This document shows positions 1 through 15,250 of a DNA stretch of 64,000 bases, piece by piece. The position numbers and the translations under genes were made by a program. Source of the DNA: the human T2T-CHM13v2.0 reference genome, Homo sapiens; NCBI RefSeq assembly GCF_009914755.1, contig NC_060929.1, one strand, 5' to 3'. Under the pieces are notes generated by a model. That model made no database searches and was not told where the DNA came from. It saw only the letters and a program-made list of their open reading frames with translations. Within the stretch, counting starts at the first letter, position 1; every line of letters starts with the position of its first letter.

Positions 1-407
1 CTCCAGACCTCAAATGATCTGCCCGCCTTGGCTTCCCAAAGTGCTGGGATTACAGGCATTAGCCACTGTGCCTGGCCAACAATATATATATTAAATAAGC
101 ACACATACAACAAAAGTAGGTGTTGGTAAGCTTACAAAAATGTGACCAGTAGCTTGCTGAAACCTAACTTTTTATTTGTTCATGGAACTTTCTAGACCGT
201 AACTACACTGAATAATGAGAATCTGCTGTAATATTTTTAGGTGCTGTAGATGAGCCATTGGATTAAATTATTACAGTATGTTTCAGACTGCTCTATGTTG
301 AACCCTAGTGAAATGCCTCTCAAACCCTCCTAAGGATCACAATCTCATGTCCTTTTTTTTGTTATTAAATGCCCAGTATGTGTTAGCGATTTAAACAAAA
401 TTCAAAT

Positions 408-1035
<628 letters not shown>

Positions 1036-1553
1036 AGAAGAAAGGAATCCGATTGGTTCTGTGTCTGTCTCTTTTGGTATTCTCAGACTTATGTAGTCAT
1101 CCATATAGAAAGGTGATTAGGAAAATAGGACAAGAATAGCAGAAATCTACATAAAAATGTAGGAAATTAAAATTAGTTACCAGCATACAAAAAACTACTA
1201 TATGTTATAATTACATACTATAACTCACCCCTCCTTGCCAAATATTCTCTCTCTTTTGACTTCAAAATCATGGCTTATATGTACTTTCTCTATTTCCCAG
1301 ATGCAAATATAATTAATTGACTTTATTTATCTAGGAAATATTACTGATATCTTAATTGTAGTCATTGGCTTGAGTGACGGGTTTTGGTAATTCAACTACT
1401 ATTACTTGAAAGTAGTAGATTTCATAAGATACTGTTATAAAATCTTTTTAACCTCTTTTCTGATTTCAGGAGTAATTAGTAATTGTGGTTTACTGGAAAA
1501 TTCAATGAATAGCGTGTTAAAGGAAGCAATTCGTTAATAATATATCTAATCTA

Positions 1554-2166
<613 letters not shown>

Positions 2167-2275
2167 GCAACAGAAGCAAATGAGAGTGCCTGGGAGTGGT
2201 CATTGTGGGGCATTCCTGTTTGTGTGACCCAGGTCATGTCCCTCCCTAAGCCCTGGTCTCTCTTGCCTCCTGCAG

Positions 2276-2463
2276 GGCTGGTGAATTACCAGATCTCCGT
2301 CAAGTGCAGTAACCAGTTCAAGTTGGAAGTGTGTCTTTTGAAATCAGAAAACAAAGTCGTGGACAACCAGGCTGGGACCCAGGGCCAGCTGAAGGTGCTG
2401 GGTGCCAACCTCTGGTGGCCGTACCTGATGCACGAACACCCCGCCTACCTGTACTCGTGGGAG
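2276..2463 (+). pseudogene. GUSBP: GUSB-like exon 5 (188 nt), copy A
   Basis: cctgcag|ggctg ... tgggag|gtaatg; 188 nt, same as GUSB exon 5; open frame. Confidence 0.93.
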
Positions 2464-2622
2464 GTAATGGTGGTTTGGGACTTGCTTAAGGGAGGTCTTT
2501 TGCTCCCATCTGGTAGCCCTGGCTTCAGCAGGAGCCCAGGACAGGTGAACGGGCAGGTGTGGTCCTCTGAGCTTTTCTGAGCTTTCTGATGTTTCCCACC
2601 CTTGGTGGGAGGCCCAGATTTT

Positions 2623-2661
<39 letters not shown>

Positions 2662-2888
2662 TTTGTGATGGTCTCACTGTGTCACCCAGGCTGGAACGCA
2701 ATGGCCTGATCACAGCTCACTGCAGCTTTGAGCTGCAATCCTCCTCCCTTGGCCTCCTGAGTAGCTGGGACTACAGGCACATGCCACCATGCCTGGCTAA
2801 TTAAAAACATTTTTTTTGTAGGCCGGGCATGGTGGCTCACGCCTGTAATCCCAGCACTTCGGGAGGCTGACGCGGGCGGATCACTTTA

Positions 2889-3134
<246 letters not shown>

Positions 3135-3431
3135 TTACTAGGTTGCCCAGGCTGGTCTTGAACTCCTGGACTCAGGTGATCCTCCTGCCTTAGCGTCCCA
3201 AAGTGTAGGGATTCCAGGCATGAGCCACCTCGTCTGGTCAAGGAGAAGGCCTGATTTTGAAGGGCAGGTCCCAGGGCCAGCCAGTGAAGGGCAGAGCCTC
3301 TGATTGCTGCTTCTCTGCAGGCCCAGAGGCGACTTCTGGGGTGCATGCACGAGGGGTCTTCCTGCTGTAGGGCAGGCCAGATGGGGCTCAGGCTGTCGGG
3401 GCGCTCACACCTGGCGCTTTGGCTGTCATAG

Positions 3432-3523
3432 GTGCGGCTGACTGCACAGAAGTCACTGGGGCCTTTGACTTCTACACACTCCCTGTGGGGCTCCGCACTG
3501 TGCCCGTCACCGAGAGCCAGTGG
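3432..3523 (+). pseudogene. GUSBP: Truncated GUSB-like exon 6 (92 nt to a candidate new donor), copy A
   Basis: gtcatag|gtgcggctgactgcacag...; small deletion after gggcct; homology ends at gagagccagt, followed by tgg|gtgaga. Confidence 0.8.
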
Positions 3524-4483
3524 GTGAGAGCCAGTTTCATTTGTGGTAGAGGCAGCAGAGGTTGTAGAAATGCTCCTTGAGGCAGATGCCACACCCCAGT
3601 TTCATGGAGTGATTTGGGCTGAGCCGAGTCTGCAGCAGGCAGAAGGCTCTGAGATGTTGTCCTAGCCTGGGCAGAGGACAATTCAGAGCTCGGGGGAATA
3701 GGGGTGTGCTCAGCACGACTGGGTGGACAGGCCCTTTGTTGTGAATCGTACAGGCTTCCAGGAGCGGGTGCCTGAGGCTTCCAGACAGGCTTTGGGAGGT
3801 GGCCAGAGGAGATGCCTGTTTCCGGGGCAGGAAATGGAGGGAGCGCCCAGGCTGGAGAGGTTCAGCCAGGCTGTCACAAGGCTTTGAAGCTTCCCATCTG
3901 AGAGCCTGGCTATTGGAGAGTGTGGGTTTGGAACTTGAGGCTAGGAGGTTCTGTTCTGTCCTGTGCCAGCCACAGCCTTCGGATGGGCAGAGCAATGATG
4001 GGGGGAAGATGTAAAAGAAAAGAACTGAGGAAAGAAGAAGAAAACCAGCTTCAACAACAGTCTAGGCCGGATGCGGTGGGTCACGCCTGTAATCCTAGCA
4101 GTTTGGGAGGCTGAGGTGGGTGGATCACCTGAGGTCAGGAGTTCGAGACCAGCCTGGTCAACAGGTAGTGAATCCTGTCTCTACTAAAAATACAAAAATT
4201 AGCTGGGCATGGTGGTGGACGTCTGTAATCCCAGCTACTAGGTAGGCTGAGGCAGGAGAACCGCCTCAGGTGAACCAGGAGGCAGAGATTGCAGTGAGCT
4301 GAGATAATGCCACTGCATTCCAGCCTGGGCTACAGAATGAGACTCTGTATCTCAAAAAAACAAAACAAAACAAAAACACAACAGTCTGTTCTGTGGAGGC
4401 CTTGGGCAGATGCTGGGAGCTCTGAGCACAGACTGGTCCCTCTGTTGGGAGCCTCTTCCCTTCATCCCTCCTGGTTAACTTGA

Positions 4484-5008
<525 letters not shown>

Positions 5009-5572
5009 TGAGCTCGTGATCCACCTGCCCTGGCCTCCCAAAGTGCTCACAGGCTTGAGCCACCATGCCCGGCCCTAATTTTTAAATTTGTTGTAGAAAC
5101 AAGGTCTTGCTATGTTGCCCAGGCTGGTCTCAAGCACCTGGTCTCAAGTAAGCCTCCCAAAGTGCTGGGGTTCTAGGCGTGAGCCACCTCGCCTGGCGCT
5201 TGCACCGTTTTTCTGTGCATGCATCTCCACTCCCACTGCCCAGGACCTGTGGACTTAGATTTGAGTCATTACTGAGCACCTAGCACCCAGCCTCATGCCT
5301 GCCTCCCACCTCGCACTACCTGTTTGCTTGATGCATTAATAAATATTCCACCTGAATCCACAGCCCATTCACTCCTGTGTTCAAGGGCTATTTCAGGAAG
5401 TGAACCTCATTTTTGGCAGTGTTCAGTCCAGTGACCTCAGCTCTGTGTACCTGGCAGGGTGGCTACGCCTCTGGGGGAATTGGATTCAGGGGTGGGGGAG
5501 AAAGAGTGTTGTTAGAGAGCTTGGTCTAGGACTAGAGGAACGTGCCCTTATGTAAAATACATCTCAAGTTAG

Positions 5573-5809
<237 letters not shown>

Positions 5810-6057
5810 TAAGCCTGGCTAATTTTTGTATATTTAGTAGAAATGGGGTTTTGCCATGTTGGCCAGGCTGTTCTTGAACTCCTGACCTCAGTGATCTGCC
5901 TGCCTCAGCCTCCTGAAGTGCTGGGATTACAGATGTGAGCCATCATGCCTGGCCCCCAGTTGTGTTCTGGCAGGGGAAGATGGGACAGAGAGGATGGGAG
6001 GGTGTCTGAGCCTTTCCCGGACTGACGGAACCTGTGTCTTCTCTCTTTTGTGGACAG

Positions 6058-6142
6058 GATGGTGATTGCTCACACCAAAGCCTTGGACCCCTCCCAGCCT
6101 GTGACCTTTGTGACCAACTCCACCTACGCAGCAGACAAGGGG
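6058..6142 (+). pseudogene. GUSBP: GUSB-like exon 9 (85 nt), copy A
   Basis: ggacag|gatggtgatt...aagggg|gtgagc; encodes [28 protein letters not shown]. Confidence 0.93.
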
Positions 6143-6246
6143 GTGAGCCTGGGGGTCCCCACCCCATTTCTCCCTGCCTTTGCCTGGGCTTGTCCTGAAG
6201 CCTGCTCATGGGAACAGCTGGAAAGAACCATGTGCTGCCAGTCTGA

Positions 6247-6426
<180 letters not shown>

Positions 6427-6945
6427 TAATGACAATTCTCTCTCTGCTTACTCTCTAGGCAGTGTGGCTTTCTGAATTTAAGGAGGCTGGGCATAGGGAG
6501 ATGGGATTTGTTTGCCCAGTTTGGACTCAGCATTTTTTGTACTCGATTTAATAGACTCATAAAATGTCAAAGGTTTAAGTGAGCTTAGAGTTCATCTGGC
6601 CCAAACCTGGCTGATCAGAATCTCCAGGGGAAGTTTTATTGAAATGCCAGATCTCTGCATTCTGAGATCCTGATTTAGTAACTCCAGGGTTGGAACCTGA
6701 GTTTTTTTTTTTTTTTTTTTGTGAAGGCAAGGTCTTACTCTGTTGCTCTGGCTGGAGTGCAGTGGTGTGATCACAGCTCACTGCAGCCTTGAATTCCTGG
6801 GCCTAAGCAACCCTCTTGCCTCAGCCTTCCAAGTAGCTGGGACTCCGGGTGTACACCACTGTGCCCGGCTAATTTTAAATGTTTTTGTAGAGATGGGATC
6901 TCACTATGTTGCCCAGGCCAGTCTCAAACTCTTGAGCTCAAGTGA

Positions 6946-7295
<350 letters not shown>

Positions 7296-7566
7296 TGACT
7301 GCATTGGCCCCTTGGGTGGGAGGGCTTCTCCAGGGCAAGGTGAGGGGATGCCCAGTGCTGGGAGTGCTGCCTGGAGAGGAGTCAGTTCCAGTGGCGGGGG
7401 CCCTGGGTTTTGGCTGAGGACTGCGTGTTGGCAGCTGCTCTGCCTCTCACAGCCCTTCCCAGCTGCACACGTCGTGAGCGTCAGTGTGCAATCACAGGCC
7501 TGCCTCCTTTGGGCCACTTTGTGACCATGTTTTTTGCTTGTGGGGCAGGGTAATTTCAGGATCTAA

Positions 7567-7914
<348 letters not shown>

Positions 7915-7973
7915 TGAGTACTGAGTCATGCGGTCTTGTGGTTGCTGAACGGGCTCTGCTGCTCTGGTCCTAG

Positions 7974-8148
7974 GCTCTGTATGTGGATGTGATCCGTGTG
8001 AACAGCTACTACTCTTGGTATCGCAACTACGGGCACCTGGAGTTGATTCAGCTGCAGCTGGCCGCCCAGTTTGAGAACTGGTGTAAGACATCACAATCCC
8101 ATTATTCAGAGCGAGTATGGAGTGGAAACGCTTGTAGGGTTTCACCAG
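7974..8148 (+). pseudogene. GUSBP: GUSB-like exon 10 (175 nt, 2-nt deletion), copy A
   Basis: cctag|gctctgtat...caccag|gtaagc; the QSEYG nucleophile motif is present but out of frame after tggtgtaag. Confidence 0.93.
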
Positions 8149-8597
8149 GTAAGCGGTGTTGAACTTTCTGCTTGTGTATTCTCTCTGGGCAGAGATGCCA
8201 ACTTGCCTCTCCCACCATGCCATCTCTGAAGAATATTACAGACCATTTTGGAGCATGGTGAATAAGAAATTTTTACCTTAGGAGTTCACTTGAATAGTCA
8301 TTTTTATATTTGTGACTGCAAGTCACTTTTAGGGGCTGTACTTCCTTAGTACTGGTAGCATTATTATCCAATGGACTTTTATAGCTTTCATTAGGTTTTC
8401 TTTTGTTTTTGTTCTTTAAAGAACATTTTACTTAACTTAGTATTTCATTTTTCGTCTATATTATGAGGCAGTAAGAGTCTTCTGTTTTTCCAAAGTTGAG
8501 ACTGCTTTATATTTATTTCATATTGTCTACAGCTGTAGTGTTCAATACATTAGCCACTAGCCACATGTGGTTATTTAAATAAGATAAAATAAAAATT

Positions 8598-9895
<1,298 letters not shown>

Positions 9896-10134
9896 GGTAA
9901 TAGGCTGATATATTACACTTGTTGATGTAAATCTGATAGGTTTCTTTCTCTCCAAGGACAGCTTTTTAAATATTTAACAGTATCAATAATTTTTCAGTTT
10001 CTGTGAGAATTTTATAATTTATAATTTGCAGACTTAATGTATAATCTATTTTGTCCTAACAATTACAAATATATTTTTTATTTCAGATTATATATATTCC
10101 TACCAGATGGAGATAATTACAGCTTTAAAAATTT

Positions 10135-10691
10135 TTATTTTTTCATTTTATTTCACATATTGACATTAAATTTTTATTGACACATAATAATTGTACATAT
10201 ATATGGGGTACAATGTGATGTTTTAATACATGTACTCAATGTGTAATGATCAAATCAGGGTAATTTGCATAATGATTTTTCTGTAGGGAGAAAATTCAAA
10301 ATCTACTCTTCTGGCTATTTTCAAATATATAATATGTTATTGTTAACTATACTCATCCTACTATGCAATAGGACACCAGAACTTATTCCTGGGTTCTACA
10401 TCTGTTAAGCCAACCAAAGATTGGAAATATTGGGAAAAAAAATTGCGTCTGTACTGAACATGTACAGACTTTTTTCTTGTCCTTATTCCTTACACAATAT
10501 AGTACAATAACTATTTGCATGACATTTACATCGGATATTATGAGTGATCTAGAGTTGATATGAAGTATATGGGAGGATGTGCAAAGGTGATGTGCAAATA
10601 CTATGTCATTTTATATCAGGGACTTGAGTATCCTTTGTTATCCTCAGGAGATCCTGAAACTAGTCCTCCATGGATACTGAGGGCTGACTGT
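10135..10691. mobile_element. Old L1M 3' fragment (antisense) followed by MER2-like TcMar-Tigger fragment
   Basis: aattgtacatatatatggggtacaatgtgatg (L1M 3'UTR); tctgtactgaacatgtacagacttttt...gggaggatgtgc...ccatggatactgaggg (MER2). Confidence 0.7.
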
Positions 10692-11685
10692 CTAGTCCTA
10701 TCCTCACGGAACTTTCATTGTAATGAGGGAAGACTGACTATAAACAAAATATATGTAATAGGTGGTGGTAAGTACCGTGGAGAAGTAACAAATGGGGCAA
10801 AGTGAGTTATACAGCTCCATCCTTAGAAACCTTGGAGTACTTTTCTTAGTTTATACTCGTGGTGGTTTCCTTTTGTCTCCTTTATTACATGGGACTCTGA
10901 CATGTGCCCATAGCTAGGGTGGCAGTAGGATCTACCCGAAAAGCGTCCTGCTGATACAGGACCAAAGCATCCTGTTGTTCTCGAGCCTATAAAAAGAGCT
11001 AATGGTCTTGCTTCTCTTAACTGTGGCCTCCTACACTGTGTTTTGGATGATTGGTGATGTCTTGGATATTCTGTTTCTTTGGAACTTTGAATATACAACA
11101 CTTTACTAGGGAATTAGCAATGGAAGCAGAGCAAAGATGTACAGAGGAAACAATGCATAACTCTGATGGAATTGAAGTCATGAGGCAGCAGAGAGCTTAA
11201 ATTAGAGCTTTAAAAATTTTTATTTTTTAGAGGGAATTTAATTGGGAGTAACAGCAGTAATAGTTAACGGAGCCAGAATGCTTGAGTCATATAATTGCAA
11301 AGCAGAGTTGGGAGCAACAGATGCTAAAGAGTAGTTGCTGTAGTTCCTCTTTGGGTCGTAGGAGCAGTTGTCATGTTACTATATAGCTACTGAATGAAGA
11401 AGAGTTCTTAGTGAGGCCTGGGTGAACAGCTCTTCTTAGTATTCTGTGTGACCCCATTTGACCTTTTAACAAATCCCTAAGAAAATAAATAGCCCCTAAG
11501 GTAAACTAAGTTTTTCTCTGCTATTTTTTTGCTTGAGAGAGCTATAACTGTAGTAGACTTATATTTCTGAACATTTTAGTGCTTGCCAATATTTGGTAAT
11601 ATTTATGTTTCCTATATTTGTAATGAACATTCTTCTTCCGGTACATTTTTTGTTAAATTATTGTTTCATGCATAAAAGTTCACCT

Positions 11686-11691
11686 TTTATT
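11686..11691 (-). terminator. Candidate polyadenylation signal (AATAAA) for the POM121-like ORF
   Basis: Plus-strand tttatt at 11686-11691, 65 nt downstream of the stop codon on the minus strand. Confidence 0.45.
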
Positions 11692-11755
11692 GTATAAAAT
11701 TGACTCAGATTAATTTATACACATTGACAATGGGTAAATAGAGCTTTTCAGATTA

Positions 11756-14700
11756 TTAAAAGCTGAAGGATGCCCATGTAAGCAAAAACAAAAAAGAAAA
11801 AACCAACAAAAATAAACCCAAACCCCTCAAACAATTTCGAACACAAAACATTCTTCTCACGCCGGCATCCCTGCTTGCAGGTGTGAGGGGGGCAGGAATC
11901 AGCGAGGTGTCCTGGGCTGAGTCCCCGGAGTGGGAAGAGGTGGCAGGAAGGGGATCTGAGGAGGAGAACAGGGGTCCTGGTGGTCTGTGCTTCTTCCCAG
12001 ACACGGGAGCTGTAGAGGAGACCTCTGCAGCAGATGCTAGGGGGGCCACTAGGCCTAGGCAGTCTTGGGACTTGGGTCTGTCCTGCTGTGCATCCATAGT
12101 GGGTGCTTTAGAAAGGGGAGGCCCACGCGAAGCCCCCGTTGCAAGTGAGGACAAAGTGTGGGAAGGCCGTGAGGGTCTGCAGTCCGAGATGGCCTTGCCC
12201 TCAACGTGCAGTGCACTGTTGATGTGGGGCCTAGAGGCCTGGGATCTGGGGGAGCCACCCCTGGGGGCGAGTGTCTGCCCTGGTGCTGTATCTGCCTTTT
12301 GACAGCGGGTGTGACCCGAAGAGACAGCCTGAGGTCCGTCCTCACTCACTGTGTTTGAGGAACTGAGGGCCAGCTGGCAGTGGCATGAGGCTGGCCCCCT
12401 CCTCCGCTTTAGTTCCGGGAGGCCTTCCGTAGAACTGTGGGAGCTGGAGCTGGCATTTCCTTGGAGGCAGGATCTGGTCCGGGAGGTCTGGGATCTCTGG
12501 TTATATCTCACTTCTGACCTCTGGGCACGTGCTGCAGCTGTGGCTGAGGCCAAGAAATGTGAGGGGCCTCCATTCACTGCATTGAGTAGTGACCCCGACG
12601 TGGGGTTCAATGTGGAGGGGGGAGGGGCTGCTGCTGCAGCTGCAGGAGCGGAGGTGCCAGGCCTTGTTCTTCTCATGCTGGCATCCCTGCTTGCAGCTGT
12701 GAAGGGGGCAGGAATCAGCGAGGTGACCTGGGCTGAGTCCCGGGAGTGGGAAGAGGTGGCAGGAAGGGGATCTGAGGAGGAGAACAGGGGTCCTGGTGGT
12801 CTGTGCTTCTTCCCAGACACGGGAGCTGTAGAGGAGACCTCTGCAGCAGATGCTAGGGGGGCCACTAGGCCCAGGCAGTCTTGGGACTTGGGTCTGTCCT
12901 GCTGTGCATCCATAGTGGGTGCTTTAGAAACGGGAGGCCCACCCGAAGCCCCCGTTGCAAGTGAGGACAAAGTGTGGGAAGGCCGTGAGGGTCTGCAGTC
13001 CGAGATGGCCTTGTCCTCAACGTGCAGTGCACTGTTGATGTGGGGCCTAGAGGCCTGGGATCTGGGGGAGCCACCCCTGGGGGCGAGTGTCTGCCCTGGT
13101 GCTGTATCTGCCTTCTTTTCACAGCGGTGACCCGTAGAGACAGCCTGAGCTCCGTCCTCACTCACTGTCTTTGAGGAACTGTGGGCCAGCTGGCAGTGGG
13201 ATGAGGCTGGCCCCCTCCTCCGCTTTAGTTCCGGGAGGCCTTCCGTAGAGCTGTGGGAGCTGGAGCTGGCATTTCGTTTGAGGCAGGATCTGGTCCGGGA
13301 GGTCTGGGATCTCTGGTTATATCTCACTTCTGACCTCTGGGCACGTGCTGCAGCTGTGGCTGAGGCCAAGAAATGTGAGGGGCCTCCATCCACTGCATTG
13401 AGTAGTGACCCCGACGTGGGGTTCAATGTGGAGGGGGGAGGGGCTGCTGCGGCAGCTGCAGGAGCCGACCTTGTTCTTCTCATGCCGGCATCCCTGCTTG
13501 CAGCTGTGAAGGGGGCAGGAATCATCGAGGTGACCTGGGCTGAGTCCCGGGAGTGGGAAGAGGTGGCAGGAAGGGTATCTGAGGAGGAGAACAGGGGTCC
13601 TGGTGGTCTGTGCTTCTTCCCAGACACGGGAGCTGTAGAGGGGACCTCTGCAGCAGATGCTAGGGGGGCCACTAGGCCCAGGCAGTCTTGGGACTTGGGT
13701 CTGTCCTGCTGTGCATCCATAGTGGGTGCTTTAGAAACGGGAGGCCCACGCGAAGCCCCTGTTGCAAGTGAGGACAAAGTGTGGGAAGGCCGTGAGGGTC
13801 TGCAGTCCGAGATGGCCTTGTCCTCAACGTGCAGTGCACTGTTGATGTGGGGCCTAGAGGCCTGGGATCTGGGGGAGCCACCCCTGGGGGCGAGTGTCTG
13901 CCCTGGTGCTGTGTCTGCCTTCTTTTCACAGCGGTGACCCGTAGAGACAGCCTGAGCTCCGTCCTCACTCACTGTCTTTGAGGAACTGTGGGCCAGCTGG
14001 CAGTGGGATGAGGCTGGCCCCCTCCTCCGCTTTAGTTCCGGGAGGCCTTCCGTAGAGCTGTGGGAGCTGGAGCTGGCATTTCGTTTGAGGCAGGATCTGG
14101 TCCGGGTGGTCTGGGATCTCTGGTTATATCTCACTTCTGACCTCTGGGCACGTGCTGCAGCTGTGGCTGAGGCCAAGAAATGTGAGGGGCCTCCATCCAC
14201 TGCATTGAGTAGTGACCCCGACGTGGGGTTCAATGTGGAGGGGGGAGGGGCTGCTGCGGCAGCTGCAGGGGCCGACCTTGTTCTTCTCATGCCGGCATCC
14301 CTGCTTGCAGCTGTGAAGGGGGCAGGAATCATCGAGGTGACCTGGGCTGAGTCCCGGGAGTGGGAAGAGGTGGCAGGAAGGGTATCTGAGGAGGAGAACA
14401 GGGGTCCTGGTGGTCTCTGCTTCTTCCCAGACACGGGAGCTGTAGAGGAGACCTCTGCAGCAGATGCTAGGGGGGCCACTAGGCCCAGGCAGTCTTGGGA
14501 CTTGGGTCTGTCCTGCTGTGCATCCATAGTGGGTGCTTTAGAAAGGGGAGGCCCACCCGAAGCCCCTGTTGCAAGTGAGGACAAAGTGTGGGAAGGCCGT
14601 GAGGGTCTGCAGTCCGAGATGGCCTTGTCCTCAACGTGCAGTGCACTGTTGATGCGCTGGAATGCTGCCTGTTTTTCCAGGTGCAGGTCTTCCGCCGTGA

Positions 14701-15250
14701 CCCGGTACCCCAGCTCTAAGGGAGGTGGCAGCATCAAAGGCTCCCCTCGCCTGCTTGGCAGCAGGGGAATCTTGCGTCTACGGGGCCTAGAGGCCTGGGA
14801 TCTGGGGGAGCCACCCCTTGGGGCGAGTGTCTGCCCTGGTGCTGTATCTGCCGCCTTTTCACACCGTGTGTGACCCGAAGAGACAGCCTGAGGCCTGTCC
14901 TCACTCACTGTCTTTGAGTAACTGAGGGTCAGCTGGCAGCGGGATGAGGCTGGTCCCCTCCTCTGCTTTAGCCCCGGCAAGCCTCCCGTGGAGCTGTAGG
15001 AGCTGGAGATGGCATTTCGTTTTGTGCTCGAGCTCGTCCAGGATGTCTGGGATGTCTGGTTATATCTGATTTCTGAGCTCTGGGCATCGAGGTCTGTCTG
15101 CAGAGGCCCGGGCCTGGGCACAAAGGGAGAGAGGCCTCCATTGTCCCGCAGGGGCCAAAATGCAGACCGTGCATCCCCGGTGACCTCGGGGACCGTTCTC
15201 TGATCAGCAGGATTTTCTTGGACTCTGGGGTCCTTGTCCTGCTCAGGCAT
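11756..15250 (-). CDS. Intronless POM121-like protein 1-like ORF, 1164 aa from first ATG (MPEQDKDPRVQ...LLTWASFSF), Ser/Pro/Ala-rich with 4 tandem units; coding status unproven
   Basis: ATG at 15250 (gcagggATGc); the ORF-track start at 15574 is a GTG. POM121-family motif RRGEPLMLPPPLELGYRVTAEDLHLEK; no stop in 3.5 kb; AATAAA ~65 nt after the stop. Confidence 0.75.
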   Translation of the reverse strand: MPEQDKDPRVQENPADQRTVPEVTGDARSAFWPLRDNGGLSPFVPRPGPLQTDLDAQSSEIRYNQTSQTSWTSSSTKRNAISSSYSSTGGLPGLKQRRGPASSRCQLTLSYSKTVSEDRPQAVSSGHTRCEKAADTAPGQTLAPRGGSPRSQASRPRRRKIPLLPSRRGEPLMLPPPLELGYRVTAEDLHLEKQAAFQRINSALHVEDKAISDCRPSRPSHTLSSLATGASGGPPLSKAPTMDAQQDRPKSQDCLGLVAPLASAAEVSSTAPVSGKKQRPPGPLFSSSDTLPATSSHSRDSAQVTSMIPAPFTAASRDAGMRRTRSAPAAAAAAPPPSTLNPTSGSLLNAVDGGPSHFLASATAAARAQRSEVRYNQRSQTTRTRSCLKRNASSSSHSSTEGLPELKRRRGPASSHCQLAHSSSKTVSEDGAQAVSTGHRCEKKADTAPGQTLAPRGGSPRSQASRPHINSALHVEDKAISDCRPSRPSHTLSSLATGASRGPPVSKAPTMDAQQDRPKSQDCLGLVAPLASAAEVPSTAPVSGKKHRPPGPLFSSSDTLPATSSHSRDSAQVTSMIPAPFTAASRDAGMRRTRSAPAAAAAAPPPSTLNPTSGSLLNAVDGGPSHFLASATAAARAQRSEVRYNQRSQTSRTRSCLKRNASSSSHSSTEGLPELKRRRGPASSHCQLAHSSSKTVSEDGAQAVSTGHRCEKKADTAPGQTLAPRGGSPRSQASRPHINSALHVEDKAISDCRPSRPSHTLSSLATGASGGPPVSKAPTMDAQQDRPKSQDCLGLVAPLASAAEVSSTAPVSGKKHRPPGPLFSSSDPLPATSSHSRDSAQVTSLIPAPFTAASRDASMRRTRPGTSAPAAAAAAPPPSTLNPTSGSLLNAVNGGPSHFLASATAAARAQRSEVRYNQRSQTSRTRSCLQGNASSSSHSSTEGLPELKRRRGPASCHCQLALSSSNTVSEDGPQAVSSGHTRCQKADTAPGQTLAPRGGSPRSQASRPHINSALHVEGKAISDCRPSRPSHTLSSLATGASRGPPLSKAPTMDAQQDRPKSQDCLGLVAPLASAAEVSSTAPVSGKKHRPPGPLFSSSDPLPATSSHSGDSAQDTSLIPAPLTPASRDAGVRRMFCVRNCLRGLGLFLLVFSFLFLLTWASFSF
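11851..15150 (-). repeat. Coding tandem repeat, ~4 units with periods 816/807/807 bp
   Basis: Marker agtccgagatggccttg at 12181, 12997, 13804 and 14611. Confidence 0.95.

Noticed and set aside
11883-14873. Plus-strand ORFs of 139-262 aa over the POM121-like repeat
   Set aside because: Antisense shadows of a GC-rich repeat, mostly with non-ATG starts, interrupted in every unit and with no recognisable homology.
11851-15150. Regularly spaced repeats considered as a CRISPR-like or prokaryotic system
   Set aside because: Units are contiguous ~0.8-kb tandem copies without unique spacers; the window is primate DNA with no cas, rRNA or tRNA genes recognised.
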